A stretch of DNA of 64,000 bases from an uncultured Spirochaetota bacterium (GTDB lineage: Bacteria > Spirochaetota > Brevinematia > Brevinematales > JAOACQ01), in assembly GCA_963768055.1 (NCBI GenBank), contig CAVYGN010000002.1, positions 544,001 through 608,000 on the forward strand, in the 5' to 3' direction. The number at the start of each line of letters is the position of its first letter. The first letter of the stretch is position 1. The translations under genes and the position numbers were made by a program. Positions 9,817 to 18,660 of this stretch are shown here, piece by piece. The notes beneath the pieces are model-generated. The model was not told where the DNA came from. It saw only the letters and a program-made list of their open reading frames with translations, and searched no databases.

Positions 9817-10455
9817 CTAATTTTTTTCAAACTGAAGGCTAACGGCTACGTCATCAGCGGGATGAGTAAAATTGTAGCCGAAAATAGTCGCTTTTGAATT
9901 TTGCCAGTGAAAATCACTATTTTTACCTTCGATCCAGGTATCTGAAAAATACGAATGCACGCTATTGGTTCCGTTTTCAGTACTGAAGTCGAAACTGTTG
10001 AATATTTCTATATTGCCGCTATAATTTATCCCGTTAGTAAAGTCCATGTTCGTATATATCCTGTATAAAACAGGCATAAAGATATAAGTGTTGTCTCCAT
10101 TATCCTGCGCCTGCCAGTGAATTATATCTATTTTCGAGATGTCGTATAGAGTGATCTTTTTACTATCTTTTACTTTAATATTTCCATTTGTCAGGGTCAG
10201 TTTGAGAGTATTTGTCAGGTATAACATTCCGTTCAACCGGGTTCCGTCCCCAAAAGTAATTGCGGCTTTGATCATCAAAAGATAGGGAGGTTTTTCGACC
10301 GGGGTGAGATCGGTAAATGAAAAGTTTGAAAAAACAGGTTCGCTTACAGCAGGTTCTTCGGGCTCCTGAGGGAGGTCTGCGGAATAAGCCGGTATAAAAG
10401 CAGATAAACTCAGACAAATAAAAAATATAGAGAACAATATTATGAAATTTTTCAT
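9817..10455 (-). CDS. Hypothetical exported protein
   Basis: ORF with a signal-peptide-like N-terminus. Confidence 0.6.
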   Translation of the reverse strand: MKNFIILFSIFFICLSLSAFIPAYSADLPQEPEEPAVSEPVFSNFSFTDLTPVEKPPYLLMIKAAITFGDGTRLNGMLYLTNTLKLTLTNGNIKVKDSKKITLYDISKIDIIHWQAQDNGDNTYIFMPVLYRIYTNMDFTNGINYSGNIEIFNSFDFSTENGTNSVHSYFSDTWIEGKNSDFHWQNSKATIFGYNFTHPADDVAVSLQFEKN

Positions 10456-10736
10456 CTTTCCCCAGAGTCGATTCATCGCTAAGCCTTAATCTATCAGACG
10501 ATAAAACTGATAAATTATGACGCAAAAAAAAAAATATTGCAAAAATGGGATTTCTGACGAAGTATATCATCAGTAAAAAGTTCATCCAATGGAATATATT
10601 TGCCGGAATGAATTATTTCATTAGTTTTAAAAAAATATTTTAAAAATATCTTGCAATCGTAGTAATTATATAGTATACTTATTGTAATTACATTCTTATG
10701 AAATTTTGTGATATAAAAGAGCAGCGGAGGAAAAAT

Positions 10737-10994
10737 ATGGGCACTTTAAGCAAATTGAAAACAATGACGGATGCTGAAATTCAGAATTGGCTTCGAAAAG
10801 TAGAAAAGACGGGCGTAAAAACACTAGTTTATTCCCTGCTTGGGACAGATGATGAAGCCAGGGATTGCGTGTTCAGGAACATGTCCGGACATGCAGTAAA
10901 ATCATTGAAAGCGGATCTTGAAAAATACAAAAAAATGAACATTACCGAATCAATGATAAATTTGAATGCCGGAAAATTGGAAAAATTAATTTAG
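10737..10994 (+). CDS. Stand-alone FliG C-terminal-like domain protein
   Basis: TDAEIQNWLRKV...LVYSLLG...VFRNMS..AVKSLKADLE resembles the FliG C-terminal repeat; GGAGG RBS; TTGCAA-N17-TATACT at 10651-10679. Confidence 0.65.
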   Translation: MGTLSKLKTMTDAEIQNWLRKVEKTGVKTLVYSLLGTDDEARDCVFRNMSGHAVKSLKADLEKYKKMNITESMINLNAGKLEKLI

Positions 10995-11384
10995 CACATT
11001 GTATATACTATACAGTTACGGTTTTTATGCCCTGGAGTTCAGGGGCTACCTGCGGTCCCTACATCGTATTCGACGGTTAATACGACAAACTCCCAGACAT
11101 TCGATTTCGGCCCCGCCGCAGCCTTTATTAACCTTTATATCGGGTTGGAATTTTAAACTGAAAACTGTCCGTAGATTTTTTTCCCCGAACCCTCCTTCGC
11201 GTGTCTTCGCGGATACCCTTTGTTACCTTGTACCTCACACCTCGGACTTCGCACTTCGTTAAATACTTCCCGGTTTAGTTTAATTTTTTTCTAATCATCC
11301 GATATAAATAAAAGCAGGCCGGAAAATATTTTGGTCCCCGGCGGTTAACAAGGATGTTGAAAATAATAACCAAGGAGGGTTAAT

Positions 11385-11897
11385 ATGGGACCGGCAATGG
11401 ACTATCTCAAATCTTTCAAAGAGCTTCTTAAGCTCGAATCGAACTATTTATCGAATCTGGTATCCCAGGAAGAGGATAAGTATGAGGCTTTAAAACAGGT
11501 CGATGTTGTGAGTCTCATGAGGATCAATAACGAGGAGGAAGAGATTCTTCACAAGCTTGATTCAATTGAAAGGAAAAGAAAGGAATTGATCCAGACCCTT
11601 TCAAAAAACTTCAACTTCGACCAGAATTTATCACTTTCTGAAATGTTTAATTATATTTGCGACAGCAACGACATGGTCATAAAAAAAGAATTGATGGAAT
11701 TAAGGACGTTAATTAAAGAAGAGATTGAAAAACTCCGGGTTTCCCTGCAGGAAAATTCTCATATAATACAGGCCAACCTGGAAATTATCAGCCTCACATT
11801 AAATTTCGCAAACAGAAACGCACAAAAGGAAACCTACGACTACAGGAATAGAAAGGAAAGCAGGGAAAGCATTTATTTGATCAATCAGTTGGCATAG
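11385..11897 (+). CDS. flgN: FlgN-family flagellar export chaperone
   Basis: Helical protein of about 170 aa directly upstream of flgK, with a C-terminal TYD motif. Confidence 0.75.
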   Translation: MGPAMDYLKSFKELLKLESNYLSNLVSQEEDKYEALKQVDVVSLMRINNEEEEILHKLDSIERKRKELIQTLSKNFNFDQNLSLSEMFNYICDSNDMVIKKELMELRTLIKEEIEKLRVSLQENSHIIQANLEIISLTLNFANRNAQKETYDYRNRKESRESIYLINQLA

Positions 11898-11906
11898 GAG
11901 TAAAGT

Positions 11907-13808
11907 ATGCTGGGAACATTTTTCGGTATCGAACTCGGGAAAAAAGGCCTTGAAGCTAATAACACCGGTCTTGAGGTAACAGGTCATAATCTGTCTAATG
12001 TTGAAACCGAAGGGTATTCCCGACAGAAAGTCAATCTGACCACTTTTGTACCGATCTATGAGCCTAGCGCTAACCGCGTTGAAACTCCCGGTCAGTATGG
12101 TACCGGAGTTGTAGTTGAAGATATCCAGCGGGTAAGGGACCAGGCCATCGACGACAGGATCAATTTCGAGAAAGGGGGTTTCGGATTCTGGGAAATGAAG
12201 CAGCAATTCCTCCACCTCATGGAAATGGTTCACAATGAACCCAACAAACCGAATATCCGCACCGTTCTTGACGAATACTGGGAAAGCTGGCAGAAAGTGG
12301 CTTCAGATCCGACGGAAAGAGCTTCAAGAGAAGAATTGGTCCAGAGAAGCAAGGTGCTTGCGGAGACTTTCAAACACACTTACCAATCTCTTTCCGACCT
12401 GAGAAAAAACGCTAACGATCTTATAGATCAGAGAATCAATGAGATCAATCATATGGCCTCGGAAATAGCTTCATTGAACGTTCAGATCGTCAAGTCGGAG
12501 ACAATGGGAGACAAGCCGAACGATCTGTACGATAAAAGAGACCTTTTAATTGAAAAATTAGCCAAATCAGTCGATATCAGGGTCGAGAGAAACAATAAGC
12601 ATGAACTTATCGTTTACATCGGGAGCGAAAACCTTGTTCAGGGAGAACTTGCAAATAAAATCCTCGGCGTAGGCAACCCCAATAACGAAGGATACCTTGA
12701 CGCTGTCTGGGATGATGGTAGAAAGGTTAAGCTCGGAATGGGGGAGCTCGCAGGCCTTTTCTCGGCACGCGACGACGATCTGAAAAGCGCAATTCAAAAC
12801 CTTGACTCTCTCGCAGTAAATCTGACCGATGCAACCAATGAAATTCACAGGGATGGTTTCGGGCTGAATCTTACTACAAACAATAATTTTTTCAAGACCC
12901 TGCCTATCACCCCTTTTGCTAACGGCAACTATGATTTTAATAACACCGGGCAGGTCAATGGAACTGCACTGTTTAAAGTAAGCGGAACGGAAAAAATCGA
13001 TACTGAAGCAGTAATTGGCGGTTCCGGAACTCTCAATTTCGGCCCTTCCGCAGTCAACGGACAGGATATTGTTATCAATTATAACGCAAGCGATAAAATC
13101 AAAGATGTAATGGACCGGATCAACCAATCCGATTCAGGGGTTGTTGCCTATATAAACCACAGGGACGAACTATCTTTTAAGGCTAAATACCCTCTTTCAG
13201 ACAATTACCCCGCTTTCACGATCCGTCATATTGAGGACAGCGGAAATTTTCTCGTGGGTATAACCGGGTTATTAGCGTCTTCAGGCGCTCAGGGTGCCTT
13301 CGATTATCGCACTGTCGGAGATATCGTCAAATTTAATGTCCCGTCATTCAATATATCCTTAACACCTGAAAAGCATCCGTCGGCATGGCTTGATCTTGAC
13401 GATAAAATCATAGCCAACCCTGACAGTATAGCGGCCTCATCAGGATTGGATACAACCGGAAGCGGCAAACCGGATAAGATGAACGGCATCAGCGACAACA
13501 GGACAGCCCTCGCCATTGCAGATCTCAGGCAGAAGCCCCTGATGTTCGAGACGCATTCGACTATGGGCGATTTTATAAAAGGAATGATCGGGGACATAGG
13601 AACCCGTTCCGAATCGGCCAAAATTAATATGGACAAAAACGGCGCCGTTGTGGACAGCCTTGTCAACCTCAGACAGGAAATAAGCGGTGTGAACATTGAC
13701 GAGGAAATGACAAAAATGCTCATGTTCCAGCATGGTTACAACGCTTCGGCAAGATTTGTGAGTACAGTTGACAGGATGATTGATACATTGCTTCATATGG
13801 GAGCTTAA
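11907..13808 (+). CDS. flgK: Flagellar hook-associated protein 1
   Basis: TGHNLSNVETEGYSRQ; NDLYDKRD; ISGVNIDEEM...FQHGYNASAR. Confidence 0.96.
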   Translation: MLGTFFGIELGKKGLEANNTGLEVTGHNLSNVETEGYSRQKVNLTTFVPIYEPSANRVETPGQYGTGVVVEDIQRVRDQAIDDRINFEKGGFGFWEMKQQFLHLMEMVHNEPNKPNIRTVLDEYWESWQKVASDPTERASREELVQRSKVLAETFKHTYQSLSDLRKNANDLIDQRINEINHMASEIASLNVQIVKSETMGDKPNDLYDKRDLLIEKLAKSVDIRVERNNKHELIVYIGSENLVQGELANKILGVGNPNNEGYLDAVWDDGRKVKLGMGELAGLFSARDDDLKSAIQNLDSLAVNLTDATNEIHRDGFGLNLTTNNNFFKTLPITPFANGNYDFNNTGQVNGTALFKVSGTEKIDTEAVIGGSGTLNFGPSAVNGQDIVINYNASDKIKDVMDRINQSDSGVVAYINHRDELSFKAKYPLSDNYPAFTIRHIEDSGNFLVGITGLLASSGAQGAFDYRTVGDIVKFNVPSFNISLTPEKHPSAWLDLDDKIIANPDSIAASSGLDTTGSGKPDKMNGISDNRTALAIADLRQKPLMFETHSTMGDFIKGMIGDIGTRSESAKINMDKNGAVVDSLVNLRQEISGVNIDEEMTKMLMFQHGYNASARFVSTVDRMIDTLLHMGA

Positions 13809-13832
13809 AAAAGGTCTTGGAAGGAGTTAACT

Positions 13833-15083
13833 ATGATCGGAAGAGTTACACAGGGATACATGGTAAGCGATTTCAACGCTAACCTTCATGTGAGGGAGGA
13901 AGAACTTCAGAAATCACAGAACCAGCTGTCAACCGGATACAGGGTAAACCTGCCTGGCGAAGATCCGGTCGCAACTATAAATTATATGGACTTCGACAGC
14001 CGCCTGAAAGAGATAGGAACTTATCAATCGATAATAGGCAGCACCAAGGCCAAGATAAATCTGATCGATTCGTCCCTGGACAGCGTTACCTCGATTATCC
14101 AGAGACTCAGGGAACTTGCCGTTCAGGGCGCTAACGGAATATATACCAAGGAAGAACGTCAGAATATGGCTGTCGAAGTAGATCAGCTCCTCAGGGAAAT
14201 TCTCCAGCAGTCTAATTCAAACTATAAGGACAATGCTCTTTTCGGAGGAACTATGACCGACGAGTCCCCCTTCAAGGCTAAATTCGGGACAGACCCTGAA
14301 ACCGGGGAAGAATTTCTTCAGGAAGTCAGATATATAGGCAACAATCAAACCCAGGAAATTGAAGCGGAAAGGGGGGAAAAGATCGATATCAATCAACCGG
14401 GAAACCAGATATTCTGGTCCGATAATATGCAGATCTATTCAACCGTTTCGGTATCCGGCTATACTGCCGCAAAAGATTCTAAAATATTAATAGACGGAAA
14501 CTCAGTGGAAATTAAAACAGGCGACAATTTGAATATAATAGCCGATAAGATTAACAACTCCGGCTCGGCCGTCAGGGCATCGATCCAGACTAAAGGGGAC
14601 CAGAGTTATTTCGCACTTGAAAGCACATCGCCGCACCAGATTTCTCTTATTGATTCAGACGGAGGAACCGTTCTCCAGGACCTTGGTTTTATCGATCATG
14701 GAATGAATCCACCGAATAATTATTCCCCGGCAGCCAGGGTGTTCACCGGCAGTATTTTCGACGCGATGATCCAGTTCCGAAAATCTCTTCAGGGCGACAA
14801 TATTTTTCAAATAGGCGGTACGGCACTTGGCCAGATAGACAGTTCGCTGGCCAATATACTCAAATTCCGCGCTCATATAGGGGCCGTATCTCAAAGGCTT
14901 GACGCTATCAATGACAGATTCGGAAGCGACGAGGTTTATCTTACAGACGCGAAAGACAAGTCTATCGGGACGGATATTTCCAGCACAATGATGGAAATGA
15001 AAATGCTGGAATTTTCACATGATGTGGCCCTCAACATAGGGGCCAGGATATTACCGCGAACGTTGCTTGACTTTCTGAGGTAG
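13833..15083 (+). CDS. flgL: Flagellar hook-associated protein 3
   Basis: QLSTGYRVNLPGEDP, RLRELAVQGANG, C-terminal TLLDFLR; follows flgK. Confidence 0.95.
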   Translation: MIGRVTQGYMVSDFNANLHVREEELQKSQNQLSTGYRVNLPGEDPVATINYMDFDSRLKEIGTYQSIIGSTKAKINLIDSSLDSVTSIIQRLRELAVQGANGIYTKEERQNMAVEVDQLLREILQQSNSNYKDNALFGGTMTDESPFKAKFGTDPETGEEFLQEVRYIGNNQTQEIEAERGEKIDINQPGNQIFWSDNMQIYSTVSVSGYTAAKDSKILIDGNSVEIKTGDNLNIIADKINNSGSAVRASIQTKGDQSYFALESTSPHQISLIDSDGGTVLQDLGFIDHGMNPPNNYSPAARVFTGSIFDAMIQFRKSLQGDNIFQIGGTALGQIDSSLANILKFRAHIGAVSQRLDAINDRFGSDEVYLTDAKDKSIGTDISSTMMEMKMLEFSHDVALNIGARILPRTLLDFLR

Positions 15084-15187
15084 AAAATTTAAATGATATG
15101 GGTTAATTTACCTGTTTGTTATCTACAAAATATTTGAAAAATATTGTCAACAGTTATACAGTATATTGGTTAAAAACGGAGGGTGCC

Positions 15188-15670
15188 GTGGAAACTATTA
15201 AAACTAAGGCATATGGAGAGATTCAGGTTGCGGAAGATTCCTCGATTCATTTTAAGCGCGAGATCCTTGGTTTTGAAAATTACAGCTTTTATTATCTTAT
15301 AGAAATGGGCGATCTGCCCAATTTTTACTGGCTTCAATCCAAAGAAGAATCCGAACTTGCTTTTATTGTTGTCAATCCCAGGCTATTCAAGCCGGATTAT
15401 AAGCTGGAAATCGACGACATCGATAAAAACCTTCTGGAAATTGACGAAGGGAATGATTTAATCGATTTTGTAATTGTCAACATACCCGAGGATATTAATA
15501 AAATGACTATGAACCTTCTTGGACCTATTGTGATTAATGTAAATAAAAGGATCGCGATTCAAGGTATTTCCCTGAATAACGACTATGGCACCAAAGTCAG
15601 GATTTTTAATTCTGAAGATGAAAATATATCTCAAACAAATGAAGACAGGGTAAAAGCCGAAAATATTTAA
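15188..15670 (+). CDS. fliW: Flagellar assembly factor / CsrA antagonist
   Basis: ILGFE, WLQS..LAFIVVNP..F..DY, MTMNLLGPIVIN; GTG start after GGAGG. Confidence 0.93.
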   Translation: METIKTKAYGEIQVAEDSSIHFKREILGFENYSFYYLIEMGDLPNFYWLQSKEESELAFIVVNPRLFKPDYKLEIDDIDKNLLEIDEGNDLIDFVIVNIPEDINKMTMNLLGPIVINVNKRIAIQGISLNNDYGTKVRIFNSEDENISQTNEDRVKAENI

Positions 15671-15683
15671 AGAGGGGAAAAGA

Positions 15684-15929
15684 GTGCTGGTTTTATCTAG
15701 ACGCGAAGACGAGTCTATAATCATAAATGATGATATTGAAATTAAAGTCATCGGCGTCAAACAGGATCAGGTTAAAATCGGAATCGTAGCCCCTAAAAAT
15801 GTAAAAATATTCAGAAAAGAAATTTATGATGAAATACAGAGCGCTAACATCGCCGCAGCAAATGCTGCCGGAAAGGTCGGCGATTTGAAAGAAGTTCTGT
15901 CTCAAAAAGATAAAAAGGGGGAGGTATGA
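15684..15929 (+). CDS. csrA: Carbon storage regulator
   Basis: MLVLSRREDESIIINDDIEIKV...VKIGIVAPKNVKIFRKEIY. Confidence 0.97.
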   Translation: MLVLSRREDESIIINDDIEIKVIGVKQDQVKIGIVAPKNVKIFRKEIYDEIQSANIAAANAAGKVGDLKEVLSQKDKKGEV

Positions 15930-16147
15930 TCAGCAAGGAAAAGCTGGAAATGCTTCAATTTTATAATAAAGGATTGGAATTATACCGTCAGAGAAAGTTT
16001 GGAGAATCCAGGGAGCTTTTTAAAAAATGCCTGGAAATCCTGCCGGGTGACGGACCGTCGCGGATTTATGTCGAGAGGTGCGATGCTTTTATAAAAACCC
16101 CCCCTCCGCCGGACTGGGACGGCGTGTTCGTTATGACTACAAAATAA
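15926..16147 (+). CDS. Small TPR-like protein
   Basis: GLELYRQRKF..S...F...P.DGPSRIY.ERC...PPPPDWDGVF. Confidence 0.75.
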   Translation: MISKEKLEMLQFYNKGLELYRQRKFGESRELFKKCLEILPGDGPSRIYVERCDAFIKTPPPPDWDGVFVMTTK

Positions 16148-16159
16148 GGAGGAATCGTT

Positions 16160-16510
16160 ATGCCTCAAAGTATAGATCCGTACAGGGACTATCCGACAAC
16201 GACTACCTTAAGCAACACTTCTCTATTTAACGGAGTGATCCATTTTAAAAATTCACTCAGGATTGACGGAGATTATACGGGAAAAGTCGATGCAGAAGGT
16301 CTCCTTGTCCTTGGCCCGCAATCAAAACTGAAAGGGGATGTCGTCTGTGATGAAGTAATTATCGGGGGAGAAGTCAGGGGGAATGTAATTGCTAGAAAAC
16401 GGCTGGAACTCCTGGAATCTGCTAAACTTTACGGCGATATTAAAACGGCTAAATTAAAAATAGCCGACGGAGTTGTTTTTGAAGGTCAGTGTGAAATGAT
16501 CCAAAAATAA
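16160..16510 (+). CDS. Bactofilin (polymer-forming cytoskeletal protein)
   Basis: LRIDG...G.V.GNV.A..RLEL...A...GDI....L.I.DG..FEG beta-helix pattern. Confidence 0.9.
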   Translation: MPQSIDPYRDYPTTTTLSNTSLFNGVIHFKNSLRIDGDYTGKVDAEGLLVLGPQSKLKGDVVCDEVIIGGEVRGNVIARKRLELLESAKLYGDIKTAKLKIADGVVFEGQCEMIQK

Positions 16511-16520
16511 CTCATCAGAT

Positions 16521-16549
16521 TTGACAGAATCAATCTTTAAAAGTACAAT
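16521..16549 (+). promoter_or_regulatory. Putative sigma70 promoter
   Basis: TTGACA-N17-TACAAT. Confidence 0.55.
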
Positions 16550-16602
16550 AAAAACCCTATATAGCTTTTATTAAATTGAGACTTGCCTTATGGAGGTATG
16601 CT

Positions 16603-16938
16603 ATGGTTAATGTTGAAAAAAAGGGCGATGTTGTCGTTTTAAAGGTATCGGGAAGGCTTGAAATAAATCAGGCTCTGGAATTGGAAGAAATTATCAATTC
16701 ACAGATCAATAACGGCAGTATATACTTCGTTTTCGATCTCGGGGATGTTCATTACCTGTCAAGCAGCGGTATCCGGGTTTGCATAGCAACTCTAAGGCAG
16801 CTTAAAGACCTTAAAGGACGGATGATCCTTTCAAATTTAAGCTCTAATGTAATTAAAACCCTTAAAATTGTCGAACTTGACGGTCTCTTCGAAATAATAA
16901 ATTCTGTTGATGAAGCGGTCAATTTAGTAACAAGGTAA
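16603..16938 (+). CDS. STAS-domain anti-sigma factor antagonist
   Basis: SGRL...FDLGDVHYLSSSGIR. Confidence 0.9.
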   Translation: MVNVEKKGDVVVLKVSGRLEINQALELEEIINSQINNGSIYFVFDLGDVHYLSSSGIRVCIATLRQLKDLKGRMILSNLSSNVIKTLKIVELDGLFEIINSVDEAVNLVTR

Positions 16939-17354
16939 TGAATTTCCGGCTGCTTTTAGCCCTCCTCGGTTTCATGATCGTTGTCGGAGGGCCTTCATTA
17001 TGGCTTTATCTGAATATTGTAAAAAAGAAAAGGCTCCTCTACAGCCTTCTTAATCAACCCAAGAAAAAAAGATTTTTCTGGTACAGGCTTCGAACTCAGG
17101 GTTACAATGTCATTTCTCAGAACGAGTTAAAAGAATTAGATTACACCATCAACGGCCAATCGAAGAGCATATCTTTAAAGGCCGATTTTTTAGTGGTGAA
17201 GAAATCAAAAAAATATGTAGGTTTATTCACTCCTGTTTTTGAAGAAAAGGAATACCTGAAGCAGCTTATAGCTTATAGTTTTGTATTCAGGGCAAACGGA
17301 GTAATTTTTTACGACGAAATCGAAAAGAAAATATTGGTGTTGGAATTAAATTAA
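16938..17354 (+). CDS. Hypothetical membrane-anchored protein
   Basis: N-terminal TM helix; start overlaps the STAS stop (TAATG). Confidence 0.7.
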   Translation: MNFRLLLALLGFMIVVGGPSLWLYLNIVKKKRLLYSLLNQPKKKRFFWYRLRTQGYNVISQNELKELDYTINGQSKSISLKADFLVVKKSKKYVGLFTPVFEEKEYLKQLIAYSFVFRANGVIFYDEIEKKILVLELN

Positions 17355-17420
17355 GGGCACTTCTAATAACTGCCCCCCTTACAAGGGCTGTAGCCCTTTG
17401 GGGCAGCAAGGTAGTGCCCC
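17355..17420. terminator. Hairpin between convergent genes
   Basis: GGGCACT...CTGCCCC..AAGGGCT GT AGCCCTT..GGGGCAG...AGTGCCC nested inverted repeats. Confidence 0.5.
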
Positions 17421-17430
17421 TGAACCGCCC

Positions 17431-18660
17431 TTAATGCGCTTCTTCCATGAACAGTCCGAGTTCATAGGGAAAAGGTTCCAGCGCCCTTGGAAGCAGGCCG
17501 TTCACGAAAGCAAGAAATAAGCCGTAATTGACGGCGTAAATACCGTTATTTTTCAAAATATCAAGCTGCAGCATTAAACTGTTTCTTGTGGCCATGCATC
17601 CTCCACAGGCTATTACCAGCGAATATTTTTTTAATACGGCCTCTTCGGGAAATGTATGCACGAATTCAAAATCAACCTTCGATTGAATCATCTGCCGGAA
17701 TAACCGCGGTATTTTCACCGATCCAATATCATCAGCCTGCCTGTGATGAGCGCAGGCTTCAAAAATGAGAATTTTACTATCCGGAGGAAATTCCTTCAGG
17801 GCTGCCAGGCTTTTCACAAAATAAGAAAGGTCCCATTTTTTTCTTGCAAATAAAATGGAAAAAGATGTCATTGGCTGGTCCTGGGGGATATCGGCCGCGA
17901 CTTTATTGAAAACCTGGCTGTCAGTTATCAGGAGCCTGGGTTTTATCGTGAGCGAATCATAAAAATATTTCAGCTCCCTTTCCTTGACAATAAGTGCGGC
18001 TGAGTCCCTGTCAAGAATGTCCCTGATGGTCTCAACCTGCGGAAGGATCAGGCGGCCTTTTGGAGCGGCAAGATCTATCGGGGTAACCAGGATGACAAAT
18101 TCATTTTCAGATACCAATCCCTCGACCGGCGTGATTTCCCTTTCTGACCTTCCTGCCTGCCGGATGATCTTATTCCTTAATTCCGTTATACCGGTTTTAT
18201 TGATATTGTCGATTAATATATAAGGCAGAGCCCTATTTTTAAGCCAATCTTTCTTTTGCACATCCATAGCAATGTCGGAGAAAGTGACAGCTATAACGCA
18301 TTTCTTATTATTAATTTTCAGTTTTTCAATTACATTCTCTTCATATCTGTCGGGGGGACGGTCGCTCCGTGTAATAAGCACCGGAATATCAGCCTCGTTG
18401 AGACTTTCCAGGCTTCTCATGATCCTTAGCTGGCCTAATTCTCCTGTATCGTCAAGGCCTGCAGTATCCGTAACAGCTACCGGGCCCAGCCCGATAAGTT
18501 CCATGCTTTTAGTAACAGGATCTGTTGTAGTTCCGGCAACCTCCGATACTATGGATACAGGCCTTTCGAATATATTATTCATCAGAGAAGATTTTCCGGT
18601 ATTTCTGAGCCCGATAAGCACTATCCTTAACCGTTCAGAAAGCGGGGTCGAGTTTCTCAT
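17431..18660 (-). CDS. hydF: [FeFe]-hydrogenase H-cluster maturation GTPase
   Basis: GLRNTGKSS, AGTTTDPV, DTAGLDD, APKGRLILPQ, TSFSILFAR, EACAHH, CGGCM. Confidence 0.93.
   Translation of the reverse strand: MRNSTPLSERLRIVLIGLRNTGKSSLMNNIFERPVSIVSEVAGTTTDPVTKSMELIGLGPVAVTDTAGLDDTGELGQLRIMRSLESLNEADIPVLITRSDRPPDRYEENVIEKLKINNKKCVIAVTFSDIAMDVQKKDWLKNRALPYILIDNINKTGITELRNKIIRQAGRSEREITPVEGLVSENEFVILVTPIDLAAPKGRLILPQVETIRDILDRDSAALIVKERELKYFYDSLTIKPRLLITDSQVFNKVAADIPQDQPMTSFSILFARKKWDLSYFVKSLAALKEFPPDSKILIFEACAHHRQADDIGSVKIPRLFRQMIQSKVDFEFVHTFPEEAVLKKYSLVIACGGCMATRNSLMLQLDILKNNGIYAVNYGLFLAFVNGLLPRALEPFPYELGLFMEEAH

Noticed and set aside
10999..11262. 87-aa ORF as a real gene
   Set aside because: There is no RBS, and it runs through a probable gene remnant and repeat arrays.
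11279..11306. sigma28 promoter for flgN-flgK (TCCGATAT)
   Set aside because: The -10 element is plausible but the -35 TAAA match and spacing are poor, so it is not called.
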